Assembly: GCA_021613535.1 (NCBI GenBank)
Contig: CP075495.1
Coordinates: 8,060,001 to 8,124,000 of the forward strand
Direction: 5' to 3'
From: Adineta vaga
Taxonomy: Eukaryota; Animalia; Rotifera
Length of the DNA: 64,000 nt
Shown here: positions 13,879-27,704 of the stretch, piece by piece
Position numbering within the stretch: the stretch's first letter is position 1
Layout of the letters: each line of letters begins with the position of its first letter
The notes under the pieces: model-generated
Database searches by the model: none
Told to the model about the DNA's origin: nothing
Seen by the model: the letters and a program-made list of their open reading frames with translations, nothing else
Position numbers and translations under genes: made by a program

Positions 13879-16800
13879 GATTTGGAATATTTGCTTTTTG
13901 GAGTAAGAACAAAAGAAATGATTAGAAATATTAAATAAATAATAATATTAATAAATGGTCTTGTTGTCGGATCATATTGCTGATTATAAATCCAACATTG
14001 ACCGGAAATAAATATCTTAAAAGAAAGAAAGAAAGAAAGAAAGGAAAAAAAACCATTTTTTTTATTGTGTCAAATAATCACACTATGTAAGCAAACGAAC
14101 GAAAAGCAATGAGAGAAGAAGAAAAGAATAAACAAGATTTTTTTGTTCTTTGTTTTCTTTCGACAGTAACAGCTGGGCAATGCAGAAGAAGAAGAACAAT
14201 GCTTTTTATCAATGACATATGTTTACAAATTGAAATTAAATAAATAAATAAATGCGTATAAGAAACAATAGAATCATTTTTCTATTTGAAGTAAAAATAA
14301 AAGGTCATTAATTATTACAATAAAAGATTAATTTTTTATAGAACATCATGGAAGAGGAAGATAGTTGATAGTTGATTGGATGAAAAAATCAGCCAATCAC
14401 AATTGTTTATCAAGGATCATGTTTTGAGTAACAGTTGTTCTGTTTGTTTGTTATAACCAAAGGAACATATTGAAAGACCAATACATATATATATATACAT
14501 TGATATTCATTTTATTATTTATAATATGAAAGAAACTAATACCAACGATGGATAAATTTGGGATAAACTTGATTTCCTATGTGAGAAACTATTTTTGATT
14601 TAACACAAAAATATGATATAAAATTTTAATAAATCAGATAGATACTGTATATGTAATGTAATCATTCAACAGATATAAATATGATTAAAATCATTTTTTA
14701 TATTGAACGAATACTTTTGTTAGACAAATGACATCAATACTTGATACACATGAATTTCGACATTGAATAACTATTATCTCCCGTCACACTTTTTTAGTAA
14801 TATAATGGCACAATAGGACAAAAATATAGGATTGATTTGTGTGATCAGTGAATTCAAATTTAAATTCTCTCTTTGGCTATGTACTAAAATTGAGCTTTTT
14901 TAGATTTAAATATTTCAGCATAGTCACAAAAGAAATTATTTTGAGAATGCTCTCGAAGGACTCTATATGCTGTTTCATACTTTCCTTTGCGTGAAATCAA
15001 CGTAGTACAATACAACTACGAGATGAAATCGATATGCGTTCTATGCTATTGTTATTTAGTAGACTGTTCAGATTCATCACAGTCATTTTACGTAGGTATC
15101 ACATATGATATAGCATTCGTTTGTTTTCTGTCAGAATATTTGTACGACAAAGTGCATTCATTATATAAAGATTTTATTGTACGAATTAATGAACGAAATT
15201 AACTTTTTTCAAGCTGAAAACTTTCCTACGACATCAGTTGTATTTTAGCTTAAAGAGACATTCACTTTGATCAGTATCAGAAAAGAATCCGATAATTATA
15301 TTAAAGTAGAAAACATCAGTTTTGTACACTCTATTCATTCTAAAATTAACTTTGTCTTGATTTCTTATTGATATTGGATTGACTAGACCTTGTACTAAAC
15401 CACTAGATAATGTATTCTTTCAGACATTGGCTTAGAATGATTGCCATCTGCGATATAACGTCCTTCTTTTTGTAATCAGTAGATATTTTTCATTAATTTT
15501 GAATATTTTCATCTTCATAAACATTCAGTTGAAATTATATGATAACAATCCAAACGTACACGAACATAATATAGATTGTTAATTACTTTAGCTTAATCCC
15601 AAAGTATTACAATCAAACCATTGAACTAGATATCCTAGTTATTCATGTAATCTTTTCGATATCGAACTGTTCATTTGAAAATAATCGAAAATCTACCATC
15701 ATTGACATTGATAATAACATGCATGAGACCTTGATGATCAGTGATTTTTAGATATAAAATTTTTATTTAACAAAGAAAAAAGATTCATAGATCACCTTGA
15801 TAAAATGACGAGTTCAATCGATTTTATGTTTAAGATGATCAATCGTTTTCTTCTATTTCATTGTCGATCGAAAAAGAAGCATATCGTTCAATTCAGTAGA
15901 ATTAAATATTATATCATCGTTTAACTCGATGAAATTTGCTTAAATGAAATCAATGTCAATGACAAATACTATTTCAATAAGAAGACTAAAACACACATTA
16001 ATATACAACTAGAGCGTTTATATGCTCGAATAGATTCTCCTTTCTGATATAATTTCATCGAATCAGTTGAAGTCATCTCACCAATATTTTTTTCGGTAGG
16101 GATATTTTTATAAATCACCGTTCTATGAGACTCTTTTTTTTCCAATTATCTTCAAATATGTATCAAAATAAAAAATCTCAGGTATCCTTGTGACACCATA
16201 TGACGCTTGTCATCTGTATATTATAACCCTTTTTTTTTCTTTTAGAATGATCGATTATATTAATCGAATATTGATTATTATTTTCCAGATATTTATATCA
16301 GAAGTATAATAAATCATACGGACAAATATTTTCCTCCTAAGACATATTTACAGAGTATATGATCAATATTTATATCAAAAGGAATTCTTCGATTTCATTA
16401 CACTTAGAAATATTAAAGAAAAAATAGAATGTTCTCTAAACTTAATTAAATATTCAATTAATTTTCATCAGTTAATATTTAATCAATCCGATGACCTTGA
16501 ATCTATACATTAAAAAATACAATTAAACATAGTTTATTTTTCCACTTCCTACCATTTTTCTATCTTTACTAGATCATCATCTTTGGACACGCACCTGGAT
16601 GTGAAAATTTTTTTTTCTCGTTAGCATCTATTATAATTGATGTTTTTTTGAATAATGATAGTGATCAATCGACAGTATGCAATCACATGAAGATATTACG
16701 CTTTTTTTTGCTTAGGTAAATGATGCATAAAGTAGTATGCGCGTAAGGTGAGCTTTGTGTAAGTTCAAATGAATAATCATAAATCTTCGTATATACATAT

Positions 16801-17445
16801 ATACATACATATATATCGCGTTAGTGGCAATGAGGAAGATTTTTTTTTGCTTTCATTAGTTATGATACACACTGTCATTTATCCATTATATTGAGAACAA
16901 TAATGATCAGGAAAAAAAACAAAAGAAATGATGCATACGATATCTATGTATACGTCTATATAGCGTATTCCTTTTCATTGATAACGATAGACCTTGTTCG
17001 ATATGGTATTCAGTGAAGGATAGAAAGATACATCTTTATAGGTAAATGGTTTCATCAAATATATGTGTGTACAGATAAAATGAGAAGAGACCGCAAATGT
17101 CCTTAGAAAAAACAATGATTTGAAATCGACAGAAGCGAAAAAAAGGTGCGGATAAGAGAGTATGTTTGTTTTCTATCGTCGTCACTCATCCCAAAAAAAT
17201 AAGAGAAAGAAATTAACATTAAAGACGGGAGTAATGATAATTTTTTATTCGTTTTTTTCTCTACTTCGTATTTATTTGCACCTTTTTTTCTCAATAACGT
17301 CCCCGATATAATTGTATGTATGTGGTCAGATTTATACACCGTACTCATATATGTACATGCAAGGAGGAGAAGGGTAAAGGAGGAAAAAAAATGAAAAATG
17401 TATGACGGCAGAGATATGATACTAGATTGAAGCGCGTTCGTTTTA

Positions 17446-17469
17446 CTCTCTCTCTCTCTCTCTCTCTCT
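17446..17469. repeat. (CT)n microsatellite upstream of the tetraspan gene
   Basis: About 12 CT units, directly visible. Confidence 0.8.
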
Positions 17470-17638
17470 TTTTCTATCAGTAGAACGCCGTACAAAGAAA
17501 ACAAGCGACTACGTCGACGACAATCTCATGCTAATAAACCATTGACTGACGTATCCCTACTACTGTAACCACCATCACTCTTTGCCACTTTATAAAAAAA
17601 ACAACAACAACAAACCACTATCGTAATAAACAAGGTCG

Positions 17639-19105
17639 ATGGCAAAGAAAGCCAAAGATACTACAGCTGCTGCTGCTGCTAAGAAAAAACCCGCAACTCC
17701 ACCTGATCCAGTCAAGACTGCAAAACTTCTTCGTTTATTGGGTGCTGTTGCTTTAGCATTAGCTATAGCTGCTTTTGTGCTTCAATTACTTGCTGTTCTT
17801 TCCCATCACTGGAAATGGCAATCAACAACTATTGATCCATTGACTGCACAGAACACTCGTTATCCCCGAACACATATTTATAATGATAGTCGGCTTGATC
17901 AAGAATATGGTTTATATTCACGTGATGTTAAACTTTTTGCTAACAATGATGAACAACTTGATGTTTGGGCTAGTACACGTTTTCCACGACTTGATGCTGA
18001 TGAAGAATCTCTTCATCGTTGCTTATCACAAACATCGACACTTCGTGGTGCTTTTCTCACTTGTTCATCTCGAGTAGTTTCACCTGATTATTGTCATTGT
18101 CGACGACATGCTTACTGGAATTTTGTTATCTTCTTTGAAGTTGCGGGCTTGATTTTGCTTGGTCTTTCCCTTCTGGTGGCTGCTTTAATCTCAACAGAAT
18201 TTCATCCAATGCTCAGACTTGCAGCTGCTGGTTTGGCCATTCTTGCTTTTCTGTTCTTATTCATTGGGTTTCTCTTAATTGTCACTCATCTTAAACGTGA
18301 GACCCGTTCATTTGCTGATGCATATCCACATATTCACCAACGTGTTACCAGCAAACTTGGTCTTACTCATGAATCATACCGTGGCAAACGAACCCAAAAA
18401 AGTTTTCTCCATCAAATTATTCGTCGTCAAACACATGAAACCTATCGACTTTATCCATTAGGTGAAGGACAACATCCACATAATGCAACACATTATCAAG
18501 AATTTTCACACGAATTAAACAACTATGTTTTCAAACCATACTCTGATTTGTATCCGGCTCAACCTGCTCCTTATGCACCATATTCTCAACAAGGTCGACA
18601 AACTGCAACACCAGCTCCACGCCGTCAAGAAGCAGTCAGCAGTTATGGTCCAGTAATAGGTTACGATCAAGTCTTTGAAAACACACGTGCTGGTATTGGT
18701 TGGTCAACTGTTCTATCAATTCTTGCTATGCTTCTTTCGTTACTTTATCCATTACTTCTTGTTTATGTATGGCTTACCAACAAGAAACTCAATCCTACAA
18801 CAAAAGTTACAACCACCAAAACGGAAGTTACTACCACCGGCACTAGAGCCGAATATACACCGTTGACACAAGAAATTCCAGCTGAAGAAGTAACAGTATC
18901 ACGACCAGCATTACCTACTACTTATGATACACGACGTCCCATCGGAGAGGCTCTTGTAAAAACCCAACATGTTCAACCGTCCACTCATGACTCACATGAA
19001 CCACGACAAGAGCTTGTTACTGTTCAAGATGTAGTTATCGACGGTGACCGTCCAGCAACTCATACTACAACACAAGAACATACAACAACAACTACTAATG
19101 CTTGA
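17639..19105 (+). CDS. Claudin/PMP22-superfamily-like four-transmembrane protein, single exon, 488 aa
   Basis: Four hydrophobic segments. ECL1 has a W...GLY...C...C pattern, GWS precedes TM4, the second loop is long and the C-tail is Thr-rich. The ORF is uninterrupted. Confidence 0.7.
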   Translation: MAKKAKDTTAAAAAKKKPATPPDPVKTAKLLRLLGAVALALAIAAFVLQLLAVLSHHWKWQSTTIDPLTAQNTRYPRTHIYNDSRLDQEYGLYSRDVKLFANNDEQLDVWASTRFPRLDADEESLHRCLSQTSTLRGAFLTCSSRVVSPDYCHCRRHAYWNFVIFFEVAGLILLGLSLLVAALISTEFHPMLRLAAAGLAILAFLFLFIGFLLIVTHLKRETRSFADAYPHIHQRVTSKLGLTHESYRGKRTQKSFLHQIIRRQTHETYRLYPLGEGQHPHNATHYQEFSHELNNYVFKPYSDLYPAQPAPYAPYSQQGRQTATPAPRRQEAVSSYGPVIGYDQVFENTRAGIGWSTVLSILAMLLSLLYPLLLVYVWLTNKKLNPTTKVTTTKTEVTTTGTRAEYTPLTQEIPAEEVTVSRPALPTTYDTRRPIGEALVKTQHVQPSTHDSHEPRQELVTVQDVVIDGDRPATHTTTQEHTTTTTNA

Positions 19106-20185
19106 TCTCAAATAAAAGCATTGAAGAAAAATTTAGGAAAAAAATAAACATTTAGAATTTCCTATATTTGATGAACAGTGTCTAGACTAGAACATCTATA
19201 GATTTCCATTCAATCATGTATCTTTTCTTTTTGCTTTTTCACTAGTTCTTTTTCGTGCTTCTTTTCTAATCTAGATTTTAAACTAACCTCTATTATGTTT
19301 TACCTTTTTAGTAAGTATTAACAAATTATTTCTATTTCTTTCTTCTTCTTTTTTCTGTTTTGATCGTATTTACTTGATTATAATCTTTGTCTAAAAATCT
19401 TTCTCAGTGATGCATTCTCTGATCAATGATACAATATGTATGTGACAATGTCTTCATATAATAATATTAGTCGATAGTACATAAGTAGAAACTTTCAAAA
19501 GTAAAATAATTAAATTCACTTTTCAAACGACTTAAATATGAAGATGCATACACATGTCATCCTTTTCTCTCTCGCTCTCTGTCTAACTATCTAGAAAGGT
19601 TGAAAGATATATTGATCGATTGAGTCGTGAATAAGCACGCGTATTCGATTGATGTGTATATGTCTTGATGTAAGGACATGATAAATAAAGTAAAACGAAA
19701 TATAAAATGATCAAACTTGACACTTTTAAATGTATCTTACTTTTTCATCTAGTTGATGTAGAAAAAATCAATATTGTATAAAAAAATCATACTTATGTTT
19801 TGAAACATAAAAAAATCAAGAAGTTCTCTTCTTTATGTTTTCTTGTCTTTACAATTATCATTATCTAATTATTGTGTCATTTCATGAATAGACTCCCTTC
19901 ATGGTAATCATCATGTGTCAAAAAAAAATAGACATGTCACATGAAATCAATGCAATATTCTTGTTATTCAAATCAAGGAAAGAATGGGGGAAAAAACGAT
20001 ATTTGCTAAACCTTTCATTCGTAATGACAACAATAACAGATACCTTGAATGAGAGTAGAGATGAAAAGCGACTTTTTCGTTTTCGTTTAATTTATTCTAG
20101 AAAATAGATTCGTAAAACAACAAGAACAATAAGAAGAAATATCTGACATGAAAACGTTTTTTTTGTCTCCATCCATTGTTATCAA

Positions 20186-21453
20186 TTATAATATTACACA
20201 AGAATTTGTTTTGAATGAACATGGATATTGATAACAACAGATCGTACGTTTAATTGCTTGATGTGTCCGAAATTCGATATCACCTGCATCGTCATCATTA
20301 TCTTCATCATGGTCATTTGCAAGTAATGCATGACTGGTACTATTATTAGCTGAATCTCCATGTTGACGAAATGTTTTTAATTCTTCACGTAATTCATTTC
20401 GTGTTAATCTATGTACTGGTGAAACGAAATCTTCTTCACTAAAAATAGAAATAGAAATAGATTGATGAGATTTCACCCATGCAAGTAAAAACTTGGCACA
20501 TCATTTGTCATCATCTTAGACTTCAGAAAAATCATTGAATTAAACAAAATATCTTTGAGTTTCAGTAATACTCATTCATTTAAATTTCGAATATATTCAA
20601 TTAAACCTTCATAATGTCAACTATTTTTCTTATCGGATTGTAGAAATAACTCAACACTTGTCAAATATGATAAATTAAAACTAATTACAATTGGCAATTA
20701 CCTTGATGATCGAATGTCAGTATTAGTAGAAAAATCTTGAACGACAAGGACTTTTATTAGAAGGATAATATCGATCGGTTTGCTTGAGTACAAAATTCAT
20801 CTTCTGTCTATCCTTAAAAATGAAAGGTATGATGAGCATGAAATGAAACTAAAGAATTGATTTCGACACATCGATTAGCGAAAGAAAAAGTCATGGTAAT
20901 TTTTTAGAGCATTGAGCAAAATAGAACGCAAAACGAGCAATGAATATCATACAATACAAAGATGAATTCTAAAAATAAATAGAAGAAAATATTGTGATCG
21001 AAACTAACTTGGAATTATTATTATTATCATCATCATCACTGATCGTTACTAATGGTTGATAAGATGGATCCGCATTTGGTTGTATTCGTGTATTCAATAT
21101 TCTAAATTGTTTATTACGAATTTCTGTGATTTATGTCAATTGATTATTTACCTAAGGCCTGATGAAACTTGAATAGATGTCGATTGAGTGAGTTGTTGAA
21201 CTAAATTTGGTTTATTGATTGGTTTTGGTCGAATTTTAGCAAGAAGATCTAATGTAAATAAACAAATAAATGATTAGTTTTAGGATTAAACAAAAAATAT
21301 TTCCTACCATTTTGATTTGACGCTTTTCTAGCCGATTGATTTGTCACTACATTTAAAGCCTATGAAAATTCATCTTAGAAATCATTTTTGTTTCATAATA
21401 AAACAAAAGAAAAACTTTATTCATACACTTCGATTACTCGTTGATTTATCCAT
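20186..21453 (-). CDS. Small 5-exon protein (~170 aa) ending in a CaaX box (CVIL); weak resemblance to FAM219 family
   Basis: Phase-compatible GT-AG exons: MDKSTSNRS / ALNVVTNQSARKASNQN / DLLAKIRPKP...SSGLR / ILNTRIQPNADPSYQPLVTISDDDD...S / NEEDFVSPVH...TICCYQYPCSFKTNSCVIL*. Confidence 0.7.
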
Positions 21454-21691
21454 GAGAAAAACAAATTATTTATGAATATAAAATAAAACAGCTGGAGCTG
21501 GTATATTGATCGTGATTATGATTGGTTTAAGAATTATTCAATGAATTTCTTTGCATGATTAGAGGCTTTCACTATGGTAATAATACATTGAAATGGTTCT
21601 GTGACGTAGACAATTATATTAAATAGAATTCTTTTTTTTTCGATTAAAAGAAATCGATCTTATTAATTATCAACGATCAATTAATATTATC

Positions 21692-23752
21692 ATGTTAATT
21701 GCTTCACCGGTGCTGTCTTCAACTAATCCAAGTGAAAAAAAGAAGAATGAATTATTTCCACAATGCTCACGAACAAAACAAGTGGCCTATCCATGTAAAA
21801 ATCTATGATTAAAAAATAAGATGATAGCTAATTATCGTATGTATTTTTAGTTTCGAATTTGAAATCATCTCAATCAGTGATTGATTATGATGAATTAAAA
21901 CGCTTACGAGAATTATCCAATGAACCTGAGGATAGGTATAATAATTAATAAAAAATATATGTATAAAAAGTTCTTTATAAAGAAAGAAATTTATTCTAGA
22001 GAAGAAACACATTATCTGTTTATGAAACAATATGTATCAGTTTTAAAACCCGAACGAAAAAAAGTGTGGACATCACGGTAAAAAGAAAGCAGCTCAAAAA
22101 TATATAATAAAATGATGAAAATATGATTTTTAGAAGTAAAAGTAGTGGTACAAAAACGAATGAAATATTAGCTTTACCATCAATAGAAAATTCACCACCT
22201 TTGATATCTTTATTACATCGATCAGCAGGAAGATCTCAAAAAGAAATCACACCATTTCAACGTGATATTAAAACACTTCGACAATTGTTAAGAAAATTGT
22301 AATTCAACATTAAATATTTTCTATGTTGATAAAAATCGATTTCTTCTAGACATGTTCATCGAACAAATGCAGAGAATGATCAAATTTTTGAAATAATGAC
22401 ACAATTTGCCGAATTTAGAGCACTTGATCAACGGGCTGAAATTTTACGAGAAGCAATTGAATTAGCTCATTTAGAAATATGCGAAGAAGATAAACAACCC
22501 AGTAATTCTATTTAGAATTTTTTTTTATCTTTATACAATTTTCCATTCACATCATTAGTATTACCGACAAATGGATACTTTTTCATCTTAAAAGGTGGTG
22601 TTACATCACCATCGTCTACTTCTGAACTTCCACCATTGTCATCGCCTATACCAATACAAACAGTACGTATATAATAAATTTCAATTATACTAATTGCATC
22701 TTTTTATCATTTAGCTGACAGTCGGACAAAGTTTTGGCTCGTTAACACCAACACCAGAAGGAAAATCGAAGTAATAATTAGATTTTTAATATTTAATATA
22801 TGGTTTGTCTGTAGAGCTTATTGGTTAATAACTACCGATGAACATAGTGAATTTCTTAAAATAAATAAAGATGAATTTGCAACAATGAAAAAAGTAATAA
22901 CATTGATGACTTGATTCAGATATGATTTTCTTTTCGGCTTCAATTAGAAATTCGAACAAACAGAATATCAAGATAAATATTCATTAGTTTGTTCTTCTGG
23001 TGAATATAAAACGTGGTCAAAACAGTCTATCGATGAACTTCTTCATTTAATTGAATGGATTGATTATCCTCAAAATACAAGTACCCATATATATATATAT
23101 ATCTTTCTTTTTCAAATATTTTATTCTCGTGAAATTGCTCATTTAGTCATTGCAAGTGAAGGTTTTCGTTGTCCATTTATTGCATTTTTAAAAGTTGGTG
23201 AATGTCATGTACTACGAAAAGTTGATGTAGTTAAACTAGAACAGAATGGTACTAAAGTATGTTTGTATTTCATATAAACTGATTAGATTTGTATCAATAT
23301 TGGTTTCTTTTCAGGGTCGACAATTACGTCAAGTAGTGATGGGAAAAATTACGGCACCAGACTCTTTCGGTGAAGTTAGTGTAATCTTACAAGAAGCTAT
23401 GGTAGTAAATATTACGAAAATCACATCGATCAAATATTAGTATTTTCTAGACTTGTACGATTGTAACTGGCACTCATTGTTGGTTAGGAATTATTCGACC
23501 AGAGAAAGCTATTGGTATGAATAAATCATAGATTGATGAGTATTTTACTTTATATTTCAAATAGATCTACCCGATGTAATGCGGAAATTGACATTACAAA
23601 CTGCTCAACGAACTTTTGGTCATTTATCTCAAGACGATATCCGACGAGAATATGTTAGTCAAGAAACACGCAAGGAATGGACGGATTTCAAAAACGATAT
23701 GGTTGAACATATAATCTCGAAGAAAAAACCTTTTTTTGGTCAAGGAAAGTAA
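21692..23752 (+). CDS. CNBD1: Cyclic nucleotide-binding domain-containing protein (CNBD1-like), many short exons, mostly missed by the ORF track
   Basis: Spliced translation includes IDYDELKRL, GYFFILKG, GQSFGSL, SEFLKINKDEF, LIEWIDYPQNTVIASEGFRCPFIAFLKVGECHVLRK and VVMGKITAPDSFGEVSVILQEAMTCTIVT, giving two cNMP-binding-like domains. Stop TAA at 23750-23752. Confidence 0.75.
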
Positions 23753-23935
23753 TTGTATTTGACACATGCATTCATTTCGTATGTTCCGTCTCATAATCTC
23801 ATTATTTTATTAACTTTTAAACATCATATATTTTTTCTTGTAAATATGATGTTTCTTTTTGAAGGAAGATGTATTTTTGATATAATATTTAATAAATTGC
23901 ATGCGAAGAAATATAATAAAATGTGACTATATCGA

Positions 23936-25064
23936 TCATTTGAACACCGACATATTATGTTGCTCTTGTATTTGACGTGGCATTAAATAATGTCCTGAAT
24001 CATTTTCACTGAAGTTTACATCTCTAGTTTCTCGATGGAATAATGTCATGAATTGTTTTCGAAATCTAGCAGATGCAAAAGCATATACTAAAACATAAAA
24101 ATATCTCTCACAACTAATGATACACACAGATAACAATCATCTTCTTACCATAGAATTGGACACAGCAATACATGAAATTCAACAATGGAGTTATGATATA
24201 TCCTATCAGCGATTCAATTGCTAGGCGGAGAGCACTTTTCGATGATGCAATGGAACTAGTTGACACACTATAGATCAGATTGATCGGATAAGGAATCGTT
24301 GTCAAAAAATACACGAACACTTCACCACTTAACATTTTCATTAAATCTCGATCACGTTTATGAATCTGTATATGCTTTCTTGTTGGTGCTACACGAGATC
24401 GAATGGTTTGTAAGTTGTGCCATGCAAGAAAACTAAACAATATCATCAGAAACAATGGCAATATACCAATGACAATCAGTGAATAGATTGCATAAAAGAA
24501 TGCATAATTGCCTGCCAATGCCACACATCGACCTGTATCGTTACTGAAATAGATTGCTAGATGAATAGGTATAAGCGTCCAAACAATGATGAGAATAACA
24601 ATAACATAACATGCGATTCGCGGTCGACTGAATGATCGAATAATTGCGTTTTGTGAACATAGTGCCCATCGATCGATACATCCTGCAATCACTAGAACAT
24701 AAGATTGAGGAAAAAGAACATATACATGTGAAGTGTTTGAAGGTGACTTACTAAAACTTCTTGACAGCATGAGAAGAGCATGAGTACCAGCCCATCTAAG
24801 TTTGCAGATAATGTTTGATGTATGTTGTGGATCGACATGATCGACACCAACAATGTTTGAGATGAGTGCTGTATTGATGACAATCCAGTTTGAGATGCAT
24901 GCAGAGAGTAGATAGAGTGAACATGAGTTTGGTTTTTGTTTGGTAGTTTTTGTAAGAATGATGATAGTGAGGATGTTGCCAATATTACCAAAAACAAGTA
25001 GAATCGATAGACCATAACGTGCAAGATTCTGCTGAATTGCGTACAGTACTGATGGATCGCGCAT
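23936..25064 (-). CDS. Rhodopsin-family (class A) GPCR, copy 1
   Basis: 7TM pattern with GNIGN in TM1, CKLR, CIDRW (DRY-like), GILP in TM5, TIPY in TM6 and FYVYAFASARFRK helix 8. Introns at 24692-24751 and ~24088-24148. Confidence 0.9.
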
Positions 25065-26581
25065 CTTGAATGCAATGCAAGTGCTTAGTATAATGTAATT
25101 GATTATTTTGAGAATTTACTGAAGTGTTAATTTGTTAAGACACGTACGTGAGACGTGTCACAAGATAGAAGTTGTTATATTTATCTTTCGTAAGAGGCAT
25201 ATTTTTTTTATCATTGCCGTTCATCTAATTTTTCTTTTACTTATCTTCTTGAATATCAAGAATGAGAGCGTAGATATAACAATCTATTCTGAATCGATGT
25301 CATCATGTCTTTATTTAAACAGTATCAAAATACAATGTTATTTTTGATTATTGAAAAACATGCATATTGCCGGTAATATTAAGTAATTACTTCATAACAG
25401 GAAAGTATTGCGACGATGTTAGAGATGAGCCTGAGGATGAAAAATGAAGTCTGTAATATGATGTATAAGTCATGTAAATTTGTTAAAGAATGTGAACTAC
25501 TAATTGAACTATGTATAATGAAGTTAAACAATAGTTTATCTTTATAAAATTGACCATATTTGAAATATTATAACATTCTGTATGTAGATAGTAATTGAAA
25601 AAACGAATATTTGTATACCGGTGAATAGAACAGTAGTATGAGATAGTTCAACATAAAATCGAAAGTATCAAAATATAAAATATAGAATGTGACAAAAATT
25701 TTGGAACGACTGTTAATGAATGACATATGATTAGAATATATCAAATTGAAATCAGCTTGTATATTCCTACTGGAAACGAATATTTTTCAATATTTTTTTC
25801 TTATACTATACATAACAAGAGAATCATTTTGATTTAGTATCGAGTTATCTATTTCGGGTATCAAATATAGGATTAATAACAAGCAGCAATCAATTTATGA
25901 ATACATCCCTCCAGAGCCTTTGTGTGTATAAAACGTCTATGCTACACAGCTAAGTAAGAGTATTGAGAATATAATTTGTATTTTATTTTCAAAAAGTGGT
26001 TATTATTGAATAGGAACATGATTATGCCATTCAAAATAACTTTCAGTGTGTCACATGATGCGAATTGTATCAGTAAAATGAAACTTCTGTAACTCTTGGT
26101 ATTTAATAAAACCATCTTACTGGAAAACAATTCATCTCTGAAGTTAATCGACATTCTTACTTTGAAAAGCCCTCATTTCATCATATGTACATCCACTATA
26201 ATAAAGATAATCCTGAAAATTGCATTGTGCCTAATTTTTTATATTTATTCAAGTAGACTTTTGATCAAAATTATCATAATATTTCAAACACTAACTTCTT
26301 CTAGAATCCAATCTATTTGCTGAACCATTTTATAAGACTGCCATATTTCCAAAGATGCTCAATGTAAGACAATAGAAGGATATTATAGGATGTGCACGAT
26401 TTCTTCTACAACATTCTTTATATGAAAATTTCTCAATAAACAACACTCACAAATACAAACGTTTGATACAATATATAAAGACGCCATTCAAAGCCATGGA
26501 TATACTAAACAGCATTACAATTACAAACGATACAGAAACATTGCGTAGAATGAGTATCTAATAATCTCGAATGTATGTATT

Positions 26582-27704
26582 CTAGTGCCGTCTAGTAACT
26601 CTAGTGTTAGACCGTGCCGTATCACCAGTCATTCCATCATTTTCGACTGGCCGTCCAGAGAGCAGCTGGAGGATTTCTTTTCGAAATCTAGCAGATGCAA
26701 AAGCATATACTAAAACATAAAAATATTTCTCACAACTAATGATACACACAGATAACAATCATCTTCTTACCATAGAATTGGACACAGCAATACATGAAAT
26801 TCAACAATGGAGTTATGATATATCCTATCAGTGATTCAATTGCTAGGCGGAGAGCACTTTTCGATGATGCAATGGAACTAGTTGACACACTATAGATCAG
26901 ATTGATCGGATAAGGAATCGTTGTCAAACAATACACGAGCACTTCACCACTTAACATTTTCATTAAATCTCGATCACGTTTATGAATCTGAATACTTTGT
27001 CTTGTTTGGATCACTCCTCCATTTGTTGGTGCTACACGAGATCGAATGGTTTGTAAGTTGTGCCATGCAAGAAAACTAAACAATATCATCAGAAACAATG
27101 GCAATATACCAATGACAATCAATGAATAAATTGCATAAAAGAATGCATAGTTGCCTGCCAATGCTACACATCGACCTGTATCGTTACTGAAATAGATTGC
27201 TAGATGAATAGGTATAAGCGTCCAAACAATGATGAGAATAACAATAACATAACATGCGATTCGTGGTCGACTGAATGATCGAATAATTGCGTTTTGTGAA
27301 CACAGTGCCCATCGATCGATACATCCTGCAATCACTAGAACATAAGATTGAGGAAAAAGAACATATATATGTGAAGTGTTTGAAGGTGACTTACTAAAAC
27401 TTCTTGACAGCATGAGAAGAGCATGAGTACCAGCCCATCTAAGTTTGCAGATAATGTTTGATGTATGTTGTGGATCGACATGATCGACACCAACAATGTT
27501 TGAGATGAGTGCTGTATTGATGACAATCCAGTTTGAGATGCATGCAGAGAGTAGATAGAGTGAACATGAGTTTGGTTTTTGTTTGGTAGTTTTTGTAAGA
27601 ATGATGATGGTGAGGATGTTGCCAATATTACCAAAAACAAGTAGAACCGATAGACCATAACGAGCAACATTCTTTTGTGCATCAGCGATTGCTGCTGTAG
27701 ACAT
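26582..27704 (-). CDS. Rhodopsin-family GPCR, copy 2 (core nearly identical to copy 1)
   Basis: ATG at 27704 (MSTAAIADAQK), same two introns as copy 1, last exon YAFASARFRKEILQLLSG...TRRH*. Confidence 0.9.
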
